DNA of 17,179 nucleotides from Trueperaceae bacterium. GTDB taxonomy: Bacteria > Deinococcota > Deinococci > Deinococcales > Trueperaceae. The number at the start of each line of letters is the position of its first letter. Position 1 is the stretch's first letter. The DNA lies in contig DASSXV010000006.1 of assembly GCA_035703635.1 (NCBI GenBank), positions 1-17,179 on the forward strand, written 5' to 3'. Under the pieces are notes generated by a model. It searched no databases and was not told where the DNA came from. It saw only the letters and a list, made by a program, of their open reading frames with translations. Both the position numbers and the translations under genes were made by a program. Shown one piece after another: positions 1-7,230 of the stretch.

Positions 1-117
1 GACGCGCAAGTAGTAGCCGGCTACCCAGCCGGCCTGATGCCCGCCTACGCGGGCGTGATGAGCACCGACGAGGTCAACGCCGTCGTCGCCTACATCCGCT
101 CCTTGGAGAACCCATGA
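1..117 (+). CDS. Partial (5'-truncated) class I cytochrome c domain protein, probable electron-donor partner of NorB
   Basis: Frame 1 reads DAQVVAGYPAGLMPAYAGVMSTDEVNAVVAYIRSLENP* (not in the ORF track). The MP (distal Met heme ligand) plus terminal helix 'DEVNAVVAYIRSL' is typical of class I cytochrome c C-termini. TGA at 115-117 overlaps the norB ATG (ATGA). The CxxCH motif lies outside the window. Confidence 0.8.
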   Translation, partial: DAQVVAGYPAGLMPAYAGVMSTDEVNAVVAYIRSLENP

Positions 118-1802
118 TCAAGTACGGAACGCAACGCCTCAGCCTGCGGTTCTTCGTACTCATGCTCATCTTGTTCCTGGTGCAGGTAGCCATGGGTGTG
201 CTCCTGTCCATGCAGCAAGCCGACCCCACCCTCCTGTCTGGCGTCCTCAATTTCAACATCGCCCGCTCAGAGCACGTCAACATGGGCGTCCTCTGGATCC
301 TCTCCGGCTTCATCGGCACCATCCTCTTCGTCGGCCCGCTCCTTTCGAAACGTGAGTTGGCGGCCCCGTGGCTCATCCACGTCCTCTTCGTAGCCCTCAT
401 AGCCGTGACGGTGTGGAACTCCGTCACCATCTACTTCGCCCAGGAGGGCGTGGCTGGCTGGTGGCTAGGGCAGCCGTGGCTGCAGGAGGGCCTCGAGTAC
501 CTGGAGGCCGGGCGCGCGGCCGACATCATCATCCTCGTCGGCTTCGTCATCCTCGCGTACGTCGTGCTGCGCACCTTCCCTCACCCGCGCGAGTGGAACG
601 AGATCCAGTGGGGTCTCGCCATCGGCGTGTCGGCGTTGACCGTCATGTGGGTGTTCGGCATGTTCTTCATCGGACGCATCGACCTGCAGGAGTACTTCCG
701 CTGGTTCGTCGTCCACTACTGGGTTGAGGGCGTGTGGGAGGTCATCCACATCAGCCTCATCGGCATCCTGCTGGTGCTGATGTTCAAGGCGGACATCAAG
801 GCCGTCGGTTACGCCGTCTTCTGGGGCGTCACGCTCGTGTGGCTCTCCGGGCTGCTCGGGAACGCGCACCACTACTTCTGGATCGGCACCCCGTCGTTCT
901 GGCAGTTCTGGGGCTCGCTCTTCAGCGCCCTCGAGCCGCTGCCGCTCATCTTCTGCTTCTGGCACATCTACATGGACGCCCATCACGACCGAAAACCGCT
1001 GGAGAACGCACCGGCCTTCTACTTCATCCTCGGTTCGGCCGTGCTCGAGCAGGTCGGCGCAGGCATCCTCGGCTTCACCATGACTTTCGGCCTCACCAAC
1101 GTCTGGTCGCACGGCACGTGGGTGACGCCTAGCCACGCGCACCTCGCCATGTTCGGCACCTTCGGCATGCTCGGCATCGGCGCGGCCTACTTCGTCATCC
1201 CCGCCGTCCGCAAGGTCAAGGACTTCGACCAGCGCTTCGGGCAGCTCTCGTTCTGGCTCGTGTTCATCGGCATGCTTGGCATCGCCTTCGCGTTCGCGCT
1301 CGGGGGCACCGTGCAGGTGTTCGTGTACCGCACCCTCGGCCTCGACTGGTTCGGCGGTGACGTCTTCCCCGCCATGGGCCTGTACAAGGCCATGCTGCCG
1401 ACCTTCGGGTTCCTGTTCCTCGTGGGAGCGCTGCTCATAACCTTCGACCTACTGACGCTGGGTCACCGGGTGCGCCTGCCGGAGGCCGCGCCGTCCCCAG
1501 CCACCTACGTTGCGCCTACTTCTGGGTGGGGCAAACGGCTAACCGGCTTCGAGGCGGGCATCTGGCTGACGATGATGTGGGTGTTCGGGTTCATCATCAC
1601 GTTCGGCCTGCTTAGCTTCAACCTGCCGCGCGTCCAACTCGGCGACCCCACCCTCCCCTACCTAGCTGCGGGCGTGGGCTACCCAGGACTGCTGCTGACG
1701 ACCGTTCTCTTCGTCTGGCGTTTCCTCGCGTCGCTCGGAGCGCGGGCGCGGACCTCGGAAGTGGCCATGGAACGCGCGGTGGGGGCGGCAAGCACGGATT
1801 GA
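114..1802 (+). CDS. norB: Nitric oxide reductase catalytic subunit (heme-copper oxidase superfamily, NorB-like) with C-terminal extension, 562 aa
   Basis: All NOR metal-ligand motifs are present: RSEH54VN, EYLE (E128/E131), WFVVH201YWVE205GVWE209, GNAH252H253YFWIG, FSALE274PLP, HGTWVTPSH341AH343LAMFG. Glu rather than Tyr four residues after the helix VI His indicates a NOR rather than an O2 reductase. There is no N-terminal qNOR periplasmic domain, and a cytochrome c gene lies directly upstream. Confidence 0.92.
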   Translation: MIKYGTQRLSLRFFVLMLILFLVQVAMGVLLSMQQADPTLLSGVLNFNIARSEHVNMGVLWILSGFIGTILFVGPLLSKRELAAPWLIHVLFVALIAVTVWNSVTIYFAQEGVAGWWLGQPWLQEGLEYLEAGRAADIIILVGFVILAYVVLRTFPHPREWNEIQWGLAIGVSALTVMWVFGMFFIGRIDLQEYFRWFVVHYWVEGVWEVIHISLIGILLVLMFKADIKAVGYAVFWGVTLVWLSGLLGNAHHYFWIGTPSFWQFWGSLFSALEPLPLIFCFWHIYMDAHHDRKPLENAPAFYFILGSAVLEQVGAGILGFTMTFGLTNVWSHGTWVTPSHAHLAMFGTFGMLGIGAAYFVIPAVRKVKDFDQRFGQLSFWLVFIGMLGIAFAFALGGTVQVFVYRTLGLDWFGGDVFPAMGLYKAMLPTFGFLFLVGALLITFDLLTLGHRVRLPEAAPSPATYVAPTSGWGKRLTGFEAGIWLTMMWVFGFIITFGLLSFNLPRVQLGDPTLPYLAAGVGYPGLLLTTVLFVWRFLASLGARARTSEVAMERAVGAASTD

Positions 1803-1830
1803 GGCCAACGAGTCACAGCGCGTAACGAAC

Positions 1831-1859
1831 GGCCCCGCGGCATGATCAACCGCGGGGCC
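1831..1859. terminator. Hairpin, probable bidirectional intrinsic terminator between convergent norB and HdeD-like genes
   Basis: GGCCCCGCGG (1831-1840) and CCGCGGGGCC (1850-1859) form a perfect 10-bp stem with a 9-nt loop. It is followed by TTCACTT on + and GTTCGTT on -; the U-tracts are weak. Confidence 0.75.
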
Positions 1860-1872
1860 TTCACTTCACTAG

Positions 1873-2439
1873 TTACCTAGCCGCTGCTTGACCAGCGCGG
1901 TCCTTGCGCCCATTCAAGCTCCTGAGGCGCAGCGAGAACCCGATCAACGAGATCCCTCCGGCGATTCCGAAGATACCCAACAGCCACACCAGCGCCAACA
2001 TGCCCGCTCCCGGCTGCACGGCGAGCACGACGCCGAAGGCGATCGAGATGATGCCAGCGAGGATCAAGAGCCACTCGTTGTCGATCTCCTTGCGCAGTGC
2101 TATGGCCACGACGATGTCCATGATGCCGCGGACGAATGCCCAACCAGCGATGAGGTAGAGGAGCGCCATGGCGGTGATGCCCGGCAGTACCAGCGCGATC
2201 ACCCCAGCGGCCAAGCTAAAGAGGCCGCCCAACAACTGCGCCCACCACGGGCCCCTATTCCAGCGCCCGATCAACCCGACCAGCGAGAAGATGCCCTCTC
2301 CCAGGGCGAAGAACGCGTAAACGTAGATGAGGGCGAAGAGCGTGATTCCTGGCCAGACCAGGGCGACGACGCCGAGGAGCACGAACAGGATCCCCCGTAG
2401 GAGAACCGACCACCAAGCACTTGCCAACACATCGAGCAT
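1873..2439 (-). CDS. HdeD/DUF308 family integral membrane protein, 188 aa
   Basis: N-terminal 'WWSVLLRGILFVLLGVVALVWPG' and repeated 'G..S...G....PG' hairpin units with about 6 TM helices. GGAGG SD at 2448-2452 (minus). Confidence 0.9.
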   Translation of the reverse strand: MLDVLASAWWSVLLRGILFVLLGVVALVWPGITLFALIYVYAFFALGEGIFSLVGLIGRWNRGPWWAQLLGGLFSLAAGVIALVLPGITAMALLYLIAGWAFVRGIMDIVVAIALRKEIDNEWLLILAGIISIAFGVVLAVQPGAGMLALVWLLGIFGIAGGISLIGFSLRLRSLNGRKDRAGQAAAR

Positions 2440-2551
2440 CTCGCTGACCTCCCGAGCAGAGCTGGTTCGCCTACCGGCCCAGCCACTGCGCTAGCGAGCG
2501 CTCGCGTCGCGGGCACTCGGCGGAGCCCAGCAGTACTTCCACTCTCACTCA

Positions 2552-2587
2552 CTTATAACCGATGCATAACCACGCGCCCTCTACATT
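2552..2587 (+). promoter_or_regulatory. 11-bp-period direct repeat (TATAAC 2554-2559, CATAAC 2565-2570) followed by candidate -10 TACATT (2582-2587), upstream of the protease
   Basis: Sequence CTTATAACCGATGCATAACCA. The same motif recurs at 14426-14446 (minus). The repeats occupy the -35 region, which is SARP/OmpR-type activator geometry. Confidence 0.6.
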
Positions 2588-2674
2588 CCTTTGCGAGGGC
2601 GGCCCAGGCCGCCAGCCGAGCTGGCGCTCCACCCGCTGCGGCGGAGGGACCAGCAGACCACGAAGGAGGCGCAC

Positions 2675-5332
2675 ATGCGCACCAAGGTGAGAACGGTAGC
2701 GCTTACGCTACTCACGCTGTTACTACTGAGCGTCCTCGGCGCTTGCGGGCAACCGGCGGGCCCCGGCGACCTGTTCGTCGAGGAGAACGCCTGGACAACG
2801 AGCGTGCCAGTGGACGCCACCATGATCGGGGCGGACGAGTTCCGGCGCATGGTCGGCGCTGGGCAGCTCACGCTTAGAAGCACGGCGGACGTGGACGACC
2901 AGGTGGCCTCGCGCGCCGCCGACTTCTCCTCCAACCGCGCGCTGCTAGCTGGCCTGACCAACCCGAGCGCCAACGTTACCGACCTCCTCGCGGCAACTGC
3001 GGACGCTTCCGCTTACAGTGGCGACGTGCGCATCGCCGTTGGCGGCGCCACCGTGAGGTTGGAGGGGCTGGGCACGAGCCTGGCGAACGCCGCAGCCAGT
3101 GCCCAGTTGGCGACCAGCGCCGCCAACGCACTCAGCGCCTACCAGCTCTCGTACGACCTCGTCCCGGCGGACTTGCGCGCGCAGTTGCCGACCCCAGCTA
3201 GCCTGCAGGGTGCGGCCATCGGCGCCATCGATGCGGCCCTCGACCAGCTGAACACGCTTCTCGAGACGGTAGACAACCTCGACCTAACGCACGTCGAGGC
3301 GGTTCCGGTAGCGCCCGGCTACGTTGGCCTCGAGCCGCAGTCGGCGGGCGCAGGGCTCGACACCGACGCGGCGTGCGCGGGGCCGAGCAACTTCGCTTCC
3401 CGACTCTGGTTCCCACTCAAGTCGTTCATCTCGCCCATCAGAAACCAAGCGAACCGCGGCACCTGCTGGGCGTTCACCGCCATCGGCGCCATCGAGAGCC
3501 GCGAGCTGGTGCAGAACGGCCTAAGCGTCAACCTCTCCGAACAGTTCCTCGTGAACAAGGTCAAGGAGGACTGGGACTCCGAGGATTACTCCGAGGGCTA
3601 CAACGCGCGCGTGGCCTTGAACACGGCCGTCAGCAAGGGCCAGAGCCTTCCGAACGAGTCTAGCTGGACCTATAACGGCTCCCCTAACCGCGCCAGCACC
3701 AAGGACGGTTCGGCCGCCGACTTCGCCGGCGCGTGCAACCCATACGGCCAAGGGCCGAACGCGGGCTGGTGTTCAGAAACGGCCCACCAGAGCCCCACTT
3801 ACTGCACGACGTTCGTCTTCACCTTCTGCGGTTACAAGACCATCACCTTTAGCGGCGCTGGCGTGCCGGCTAGCAAGGCCGTGCAGGTCTGGAGCAGCGG
3901 CCAAGCTTTCAACCTCGCTAACTATCGCAACCTCCTCGCCCAGGGCCACGTGCTCCTCGCGAGCTTCCCCGTCTACGAGGGCTTCATGACCGCGGCGGGC
4001 GGCGTCGTGACCGACTACTCCAAGCAGTACAGGAACGGCGAGGGCGCCCTAGTTGACGGAAGTTACGGCGGCCACGCGGTGCAGATCGTGGCGTTCTTGA
4101 GCAACGAGCAGCTCTCGACACCGTCTTACACCTACAACATCGGAGGCGGCGGCTACTTCCTGGTCAAGAACTCGTGGGGTTGCGGCAGCGGCGACGGCGG
4201 TTACTGGTACGTGCCTGCCGACTACGTGCGGACGCGCTTCAACAGCCTCGACGTCATGCAGTTCGATACGCGCCGCAGTTCGAGGTGGACGGGCGAGCAG
4301 GCCAACCCTGGCAGCACCGAGGCGCCGGCCGTCAGCATCAAGATCCCCAGCACCACCATCGACCTGAGGGTACCGAAGGACCTGGCTTTCTCCTTCGGCG
4401 TTTCGCACTCGGTGGCCGCCTCGGTCAACTTGGTGGTCAGTTCCTCGGTGGATGGCACCCTCTACAGCGGCGCCTGGAACACCGCTCCCTACTCGTTCCC
4501 TGCCAGCCTCGTGCGCACCTTCACTTCCGTCGGCCAGCGCACCATCACGGTCAAGGCAACGTACGCAGGTAATGTCACTCAGCGCACTTTCACTGCCAAC
4601 GTCGTCAACTCGGCGCCAACCATCGCTTTCTCGGGCGGACCAACGGCCTACCAGGGCGAGGCCTACGCGCTGACAGCCAACGTGCAGGACATCAACGACG
4701 CGGGCACGACGGGACTATGCAGCAGGATGACCTGGACGGTAACGGCGCCGGATACGCTTACGCCAACCAGTGGCTGCCAAGTAGCCGTCACGTTCGGCAC
4801 GCAGGGCGCCCGCACCGTCACTGCCACCACCACAGATGCCGACGGCCTGCGCACGACCCGCAGCACCACCCTCAACGTGCAGCCGCCCCCGCCCAATCCC
4901 TACCCACGAGTGACCGCTTTCGGCATGCAGGCCCGCGAGTTCAGGGACCTGGGCGGCGGCGCCTACTTCTGCCTGAACACCTCGGTAGCCTTGGGGGCGA
5001 CCATCCGCCTCATGGACAACGGGTGCCGCTTCGTCGGGGAGACGACGGATTCGCGCAGGCACTCGGCTTACGTGACCGTCGAGAACCCAGACAACGAGAC
5101 GCTTGCCTACGACTGGCGCCTGTACGTCTACTACCAGGGCGCGTACCACCCGATCTCGTCCACCATCGGCTCGAGTAGCAGCGATTGGGTGCCCGGCATG
5201 CCTGGCAACACGGGCGAGGCCACCGACCCGTGTTACGTGAGCGTGACCGTGAGGGCGCCCGAGGCGGCGCGCAACAAGTCACTGACCGTCTGGACTGGGT
5301 CATGCACGTACTACGCCATCAGACTCAACTAG
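2675..5332 (+). CDS. Lipoprotein C1 (papain-family) cysteine protease with N-terminal pro-region and C-terminal Ig/PKD-like domains, ~885 aa
   Basis: Start reassigned from 2591 to ATG 2675, which has an AAGGAGG SD at 2663-2669 and is followed by a signal peptide with lipobox LGA-C24. Catalytic motifs: IRNQ258ANRGTC264WAF, LSEQ, GGH467AVQIV, FLVKN499SWG..GDGGYW. Thr/Val-rich beta repeats 'TFTSVGQRTITVKAT' and 'TFGTQGARTVTATTT' follow. Confidence 0.9.
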   Translation: MRTKVRTVALTLLTLLLLSVLGACGQPAGPGDLFVEENAWTTSVPVDATMIGADEFRRMVGAGQLTLRSTADVDDQVASRAADFSSNRALLAGLTNPSANVTDLLAATADASAYSGDVRIAVGGATVRLEGLGTSLANAAASAQLATSAANALSAYQLSYDLVPADLRAQLPTPASLQGAAIGAIDAALDQLNTLLETVDNLDLTHVEAVPVAPGYVGLEPQSAGAGLDTDAACAGPSNFASRLWFPLKSFISPIRNQANRGTCWAFTAIGAIESRELVQNGLSVNLSEQFLVNKVKEDWDSEDYSEGYNARVALNTAVSKGQSLPNESSWTYNGSPNRASTKDGSAADFAGACNPYGQGPNAGWCSETAHQSPTYCTTFVFTFCGYKTITFSGAGVPASKAVQVWSSGQAFNLANYRNLLAQGHVLLASFPVYEGFMTAAGGVVTDYSKQYRNGEGALVDGSYGGHAVQIVAFLSNEQLSTPSYTYNIGGGGYFLVKNSWGCGSGDGGYWYVPADYVRTRFNSLDVMQFDTRRSSRWTGEQANPGSTEAPAVSIKIPSTTIDLRVPKDLAFSFGVSHSVAASVNLVVSSSVDGTLYSGAWNTAPYSFPASLVRTFTSVGQRTITVKATYAGNVTQRTFTANVVNSAPTIAFSGGPTAYQGEAYALTANVQDINDAGTTGLCSRMTWTVTAPDTLTPTSGCQVAVTFGTQGARTVTATTTDADGLRTTRSTTLNVQPPPPNPYPRVTAFGMQAREFRDLGGGAYFCLNTSVALGATIRLMDNGCRFVGETTDSRRHSAYVTVENPDNETLAYDWRLYVYYQGAYHPISSTIGSSSSDWVPGMPGNTGEATDPCYVSVTVRAPEAARNKSLTVWTGSCTYYAIRLN

Positions 5333-5353
5333 TCTGAGGATCACCTCTCGTTC

Positions 5354-5362
5354 TGTTATGCT
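5354..5362 (+). promoter_or_regulatory. Candidate extended -10 promoter (TG-t-TATGCT) for the ABC-F gene
   Basis: TGTTATGCT matches TGnTAnnnT in the 161-nt intergenic region. It would give a leader of about 125 nt. Confidence 0.45.
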
Positions 5363-5428
5363 CCTAGGCGCCCGCGCCGGATAACCAGCGCCGGTCCCTC
5401 ACCCCATTGCGGAAGGCCTACCCTGATA

Positions 5429-5446
5429 ATGCGCAACGCACACTGA
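5429..5446 (+). CDS. Putative regulatory leader peptide (uORF) MRNAH
   Basis: ATG CGC AAC GCA CAC TGA, with purine-rich GGAAGG at 5411-5416 (spacing 12 nt, somewhat long). It sits in the leader of an ARE-like ABC-F gene. Confidence 0.35.
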   Translation: MRNAH

Positions 5447-5493
5447 AGACGAGAACCCCACCGGTACTTCGTTCACTCCGTTAGGAGATCAGT

Positions 5494-7083
5494 GTGAGTT
5501 TGCAGTTAAGGGCCGTAGCTAAACGCTACGGCGATACCACCGTTTTTTCCGATGTCAACTTGAAAGTGGGCCGCGGCCAGAAGGTCGCGCTCATCGGGCC
5601 TAACGGGAGCGGTAAGACGACGCTCCTACGCATAGCGGCAGAGGTTCTCGCGCCCGACTTCGGCAGCGTCACGGCAGAGGGACGCGTCGCCTACCTCGAG
5701 CAATCCGCCACCGCGGGTGAGGACGGCCTGCTAGCTGCGCTTACCCCCCCGGAGTTGCAGTCCGCGACGACAGAGCTGACCGCGGCGCAGGCCGCCCTCG
5801 AAGACCCGAGCGCGGCGGCCCTCGACCGCCATGCCGAGGCCGAGGAGCGCTTCCGCATGCTCGGCGGTTACGACTTCGCGGCGCGCGTCGAGGCCGTGCT
5901 CGCGGGCATTGGCCTGAGCGCAACTGGGCGGGTGAACGAGCTATCTGGCGGCCAGGCGCGGCGCTTGGGCCTGGCAAGGCAACTCTTGGCGCCAGCCGAC
6001 GTCTACCTCCTCGACGAGCCAACCAACCACCTAGACGCCGCCGGGCTTACCTGGTTGGAGGAGTGGGTGCGCGCAAGCAAGGCCACTATGTTGATCGTCT
6101 CTCACGACCGCGACTTCCTAGATGCCACCGTTAGCGCGGTCGCCGAGTTGGAGCGCGGCGGCATGACGGTGTGGCCGGGCACGTACACGGAGGCCATGAG
6201 CGCGAAGGCGGCCGAGTCGGCCAACCAACTGAGGCTGTACGAGGCGCAGGTCCGCACCAAGAAGCGCCTCGAGGAGGAGGCGGCAAGGCTCGCCTCGCAG
6301 AGCCGCAGCGCGGACAAGTTCAACCACAAGCGGGCGGGCAACCAGGCACTCATCCTGGCCAAAGCGAAGTCCGAGAACGTGGCGCGCACCCTGGCGCGGC
6401 GCGCTAAGGCGCTCGAGGCGCGCAGCGACAAGCTGGAGGTGGTGGCCAAGCCGTTCGAGGACGGCGCGCTTCCCACCATCCCGCTACCCGAGGTGCCGCT
6501 GGGCCCCACGGACGTCGTGCGCCTCAGCGACGTCAGCGTCATGCGGGGCGGGCACACGCTCGTGAGCGGCCTCGACCTGCTGTTAAGGCGCGGTGAAAAG
6601 CTAGCCATCACCGGACCCAACGGCAGTGGCAAGAGCAGCTTGTTGAAGACCGTGTTGGGCGAGTTGGCACCCGCGGCAGGCACGGTGACGTTGGGGGTCG
6701 ACACCCCGTTCGTCCTCACCCAGGACGGCTCGGAGTTGAGTAGCTTCGTCAGCCTCGAGGACGCCGTGCGGGCGGCGCAGCCTTTGCTGCAACGTCAGGA
6801 CCTCCACCATCTGCTGGCGCGCCTTGGGCTACCCAACGACCCGAACGCGCCGCTCGCGACGCTGTCTGGCGGGCAGCGCACCCGCTTGGCGCTCGCGCGC
6901 CTGGCGGTCACGCGCGCCCCACTGCTGGTGTTGGACGAACCCACGAACCACCTCGACTTGAAGATGGTCGAGGCGCTCGAACGGTTGCTGGTCGAGTACC
7001 GGGGAGCCGTGCTACTCGTCTCGCACGACAGGCGGCTGGTCAAAGCCGTTGCCGGTCGGGTAATGAGGTTAGGCGGGTCTTGA
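5494..7083 (+). CDS. ABC-F family ATPase (ribosome-associated; possible antibiotic-resistance/ribosomal protection type), 529 aa
   Basis: Two NBDs (GPNGSGKTT / LSGGQ / LLDEPTNHLD / SHDR and GPNGSGKSS / LSGGQ / VLDEPTNHLD / SHDR), no TM segments, a helical arm in NBD1 and a long charged helical linker. GTG start with AGGAG SD at 5483-5487. Confidence 0.93.
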   Translation: MSLQLRAVAKRYGDTTVFSDVNLKVGRGQKVALIGPNGSGKTTLLRIAAEVLAPDFGSVTAEGRVAYLEQSATAGEDGLLAALTPPELQSATTELTAAQAALEDPSAAALDRHAEAEERFRMLGGYDFAARVEAVLAGIGLSATGRVNELSGGQARRLGLARQLLAPADVYLLDEPTNHLDAAGLTWLEEWVRASKATMLIVSHDRDFLDATVSAVAELERGGMTVWPGTYTEAMSAKAAESANQLRLYEAQVRTKKRLEEEAARLASQSRSADKFNHKRAGNQALILAKAKSENVARTLARRAKALEARSDKLEVVAKPFEDGALPTIPLPEVPLGPTDVVRLSDVSVMRGGHTLVSGLDLLLRRGEKLAITGPNGSGKSSLLKTVLGELAPAAGTVTLGVDTPFVLTQDGSELSSFVSLEDAVRAAQPLLQRQDLHHLLARLGLPNDPNAPLATLSGGQRTRLALARLAVTRAPLLVLDEPTNHLDLKMVEALERLLVEYRGAVLLVSHDRRLVKAVAGRVMRLGGS

Positions 7084-7108
7084 CACTTCGCGCAGCGGCG
7101 TGCAATCT
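7080..7108 (+). promoter_or_regulatory. Candidate sigma70-type promoter for the iron-uptake operon
   Basis: Perfect -35 TTGACA at 7080-7085 overlaps the ABC-F stop codon. The -10 is imperfect (CAATCT at 17-nt spacing, or TGCAAT at 15). Confidence 0.55.
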
Positions 7109-7109
7109 T

Positions 7110-7138
7110 CTAATCCTGAGTGCTTCACTCAGGATTAG
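7110..7138. promoter_or_regulatory. Perfect 13-bp inverted repeat, probable repressor operator (Rrf2/IscR/RirA-like)
   Basis: CTAATCCTGAGTG-CTT-CACTCAGGATTAG is AT-richer than its surroundings, lies over the predicted transcription start and contains TGA-N9-TCA. No U-tract follows, so a terminator role is less likely. Confidence 0.7.
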
Positions 7139-7230
7139 CCACTGCACCGATGCTAGAACTTCAGCCCAAGCGGGCGAGTCCAAGATAACCCACGCGCAAC
7201 CGGCCTGGCCGGGAGCGCAAGGAGGATGTC

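Noticed and set aside
114-1802. Cytochrome c oxidase subunit I, qNOR (NorZ) or NO dismutase assignment
   Set aside because: There is no cross-linking Tyr after the helix VI His (HYWVE) and no N-terminal qNOR domain, and all His/Glu ligands are intact.
2494-2505. Perfect 12-bp palindrome GCGAGCGCTCGC upstream of the HdeD-like gene
   Set aside because: Short, GC-rich and single-copy, so expected by chance in this composition.
2591-2674. TTG start giving a 913-aa protease
   Set aside because: A strong SD and the lipoprotein signal peptide begin at ATG 2675.
5336-5357. GAGG-ATCA-CCTC hairpin plus T-rich tail after the protease as a terminator
   Set aside because: A 4-bp stem is too weak to call.
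7185-7201. ATAACC...GCAACC at 11-bp spacing upstream of the siderophore-binding protein, and a lone ATAACC at 5381
   Set aside because: The second half-site is degenerate or absent and lies downstream of the likely promoter, so chance cannot be excluded.
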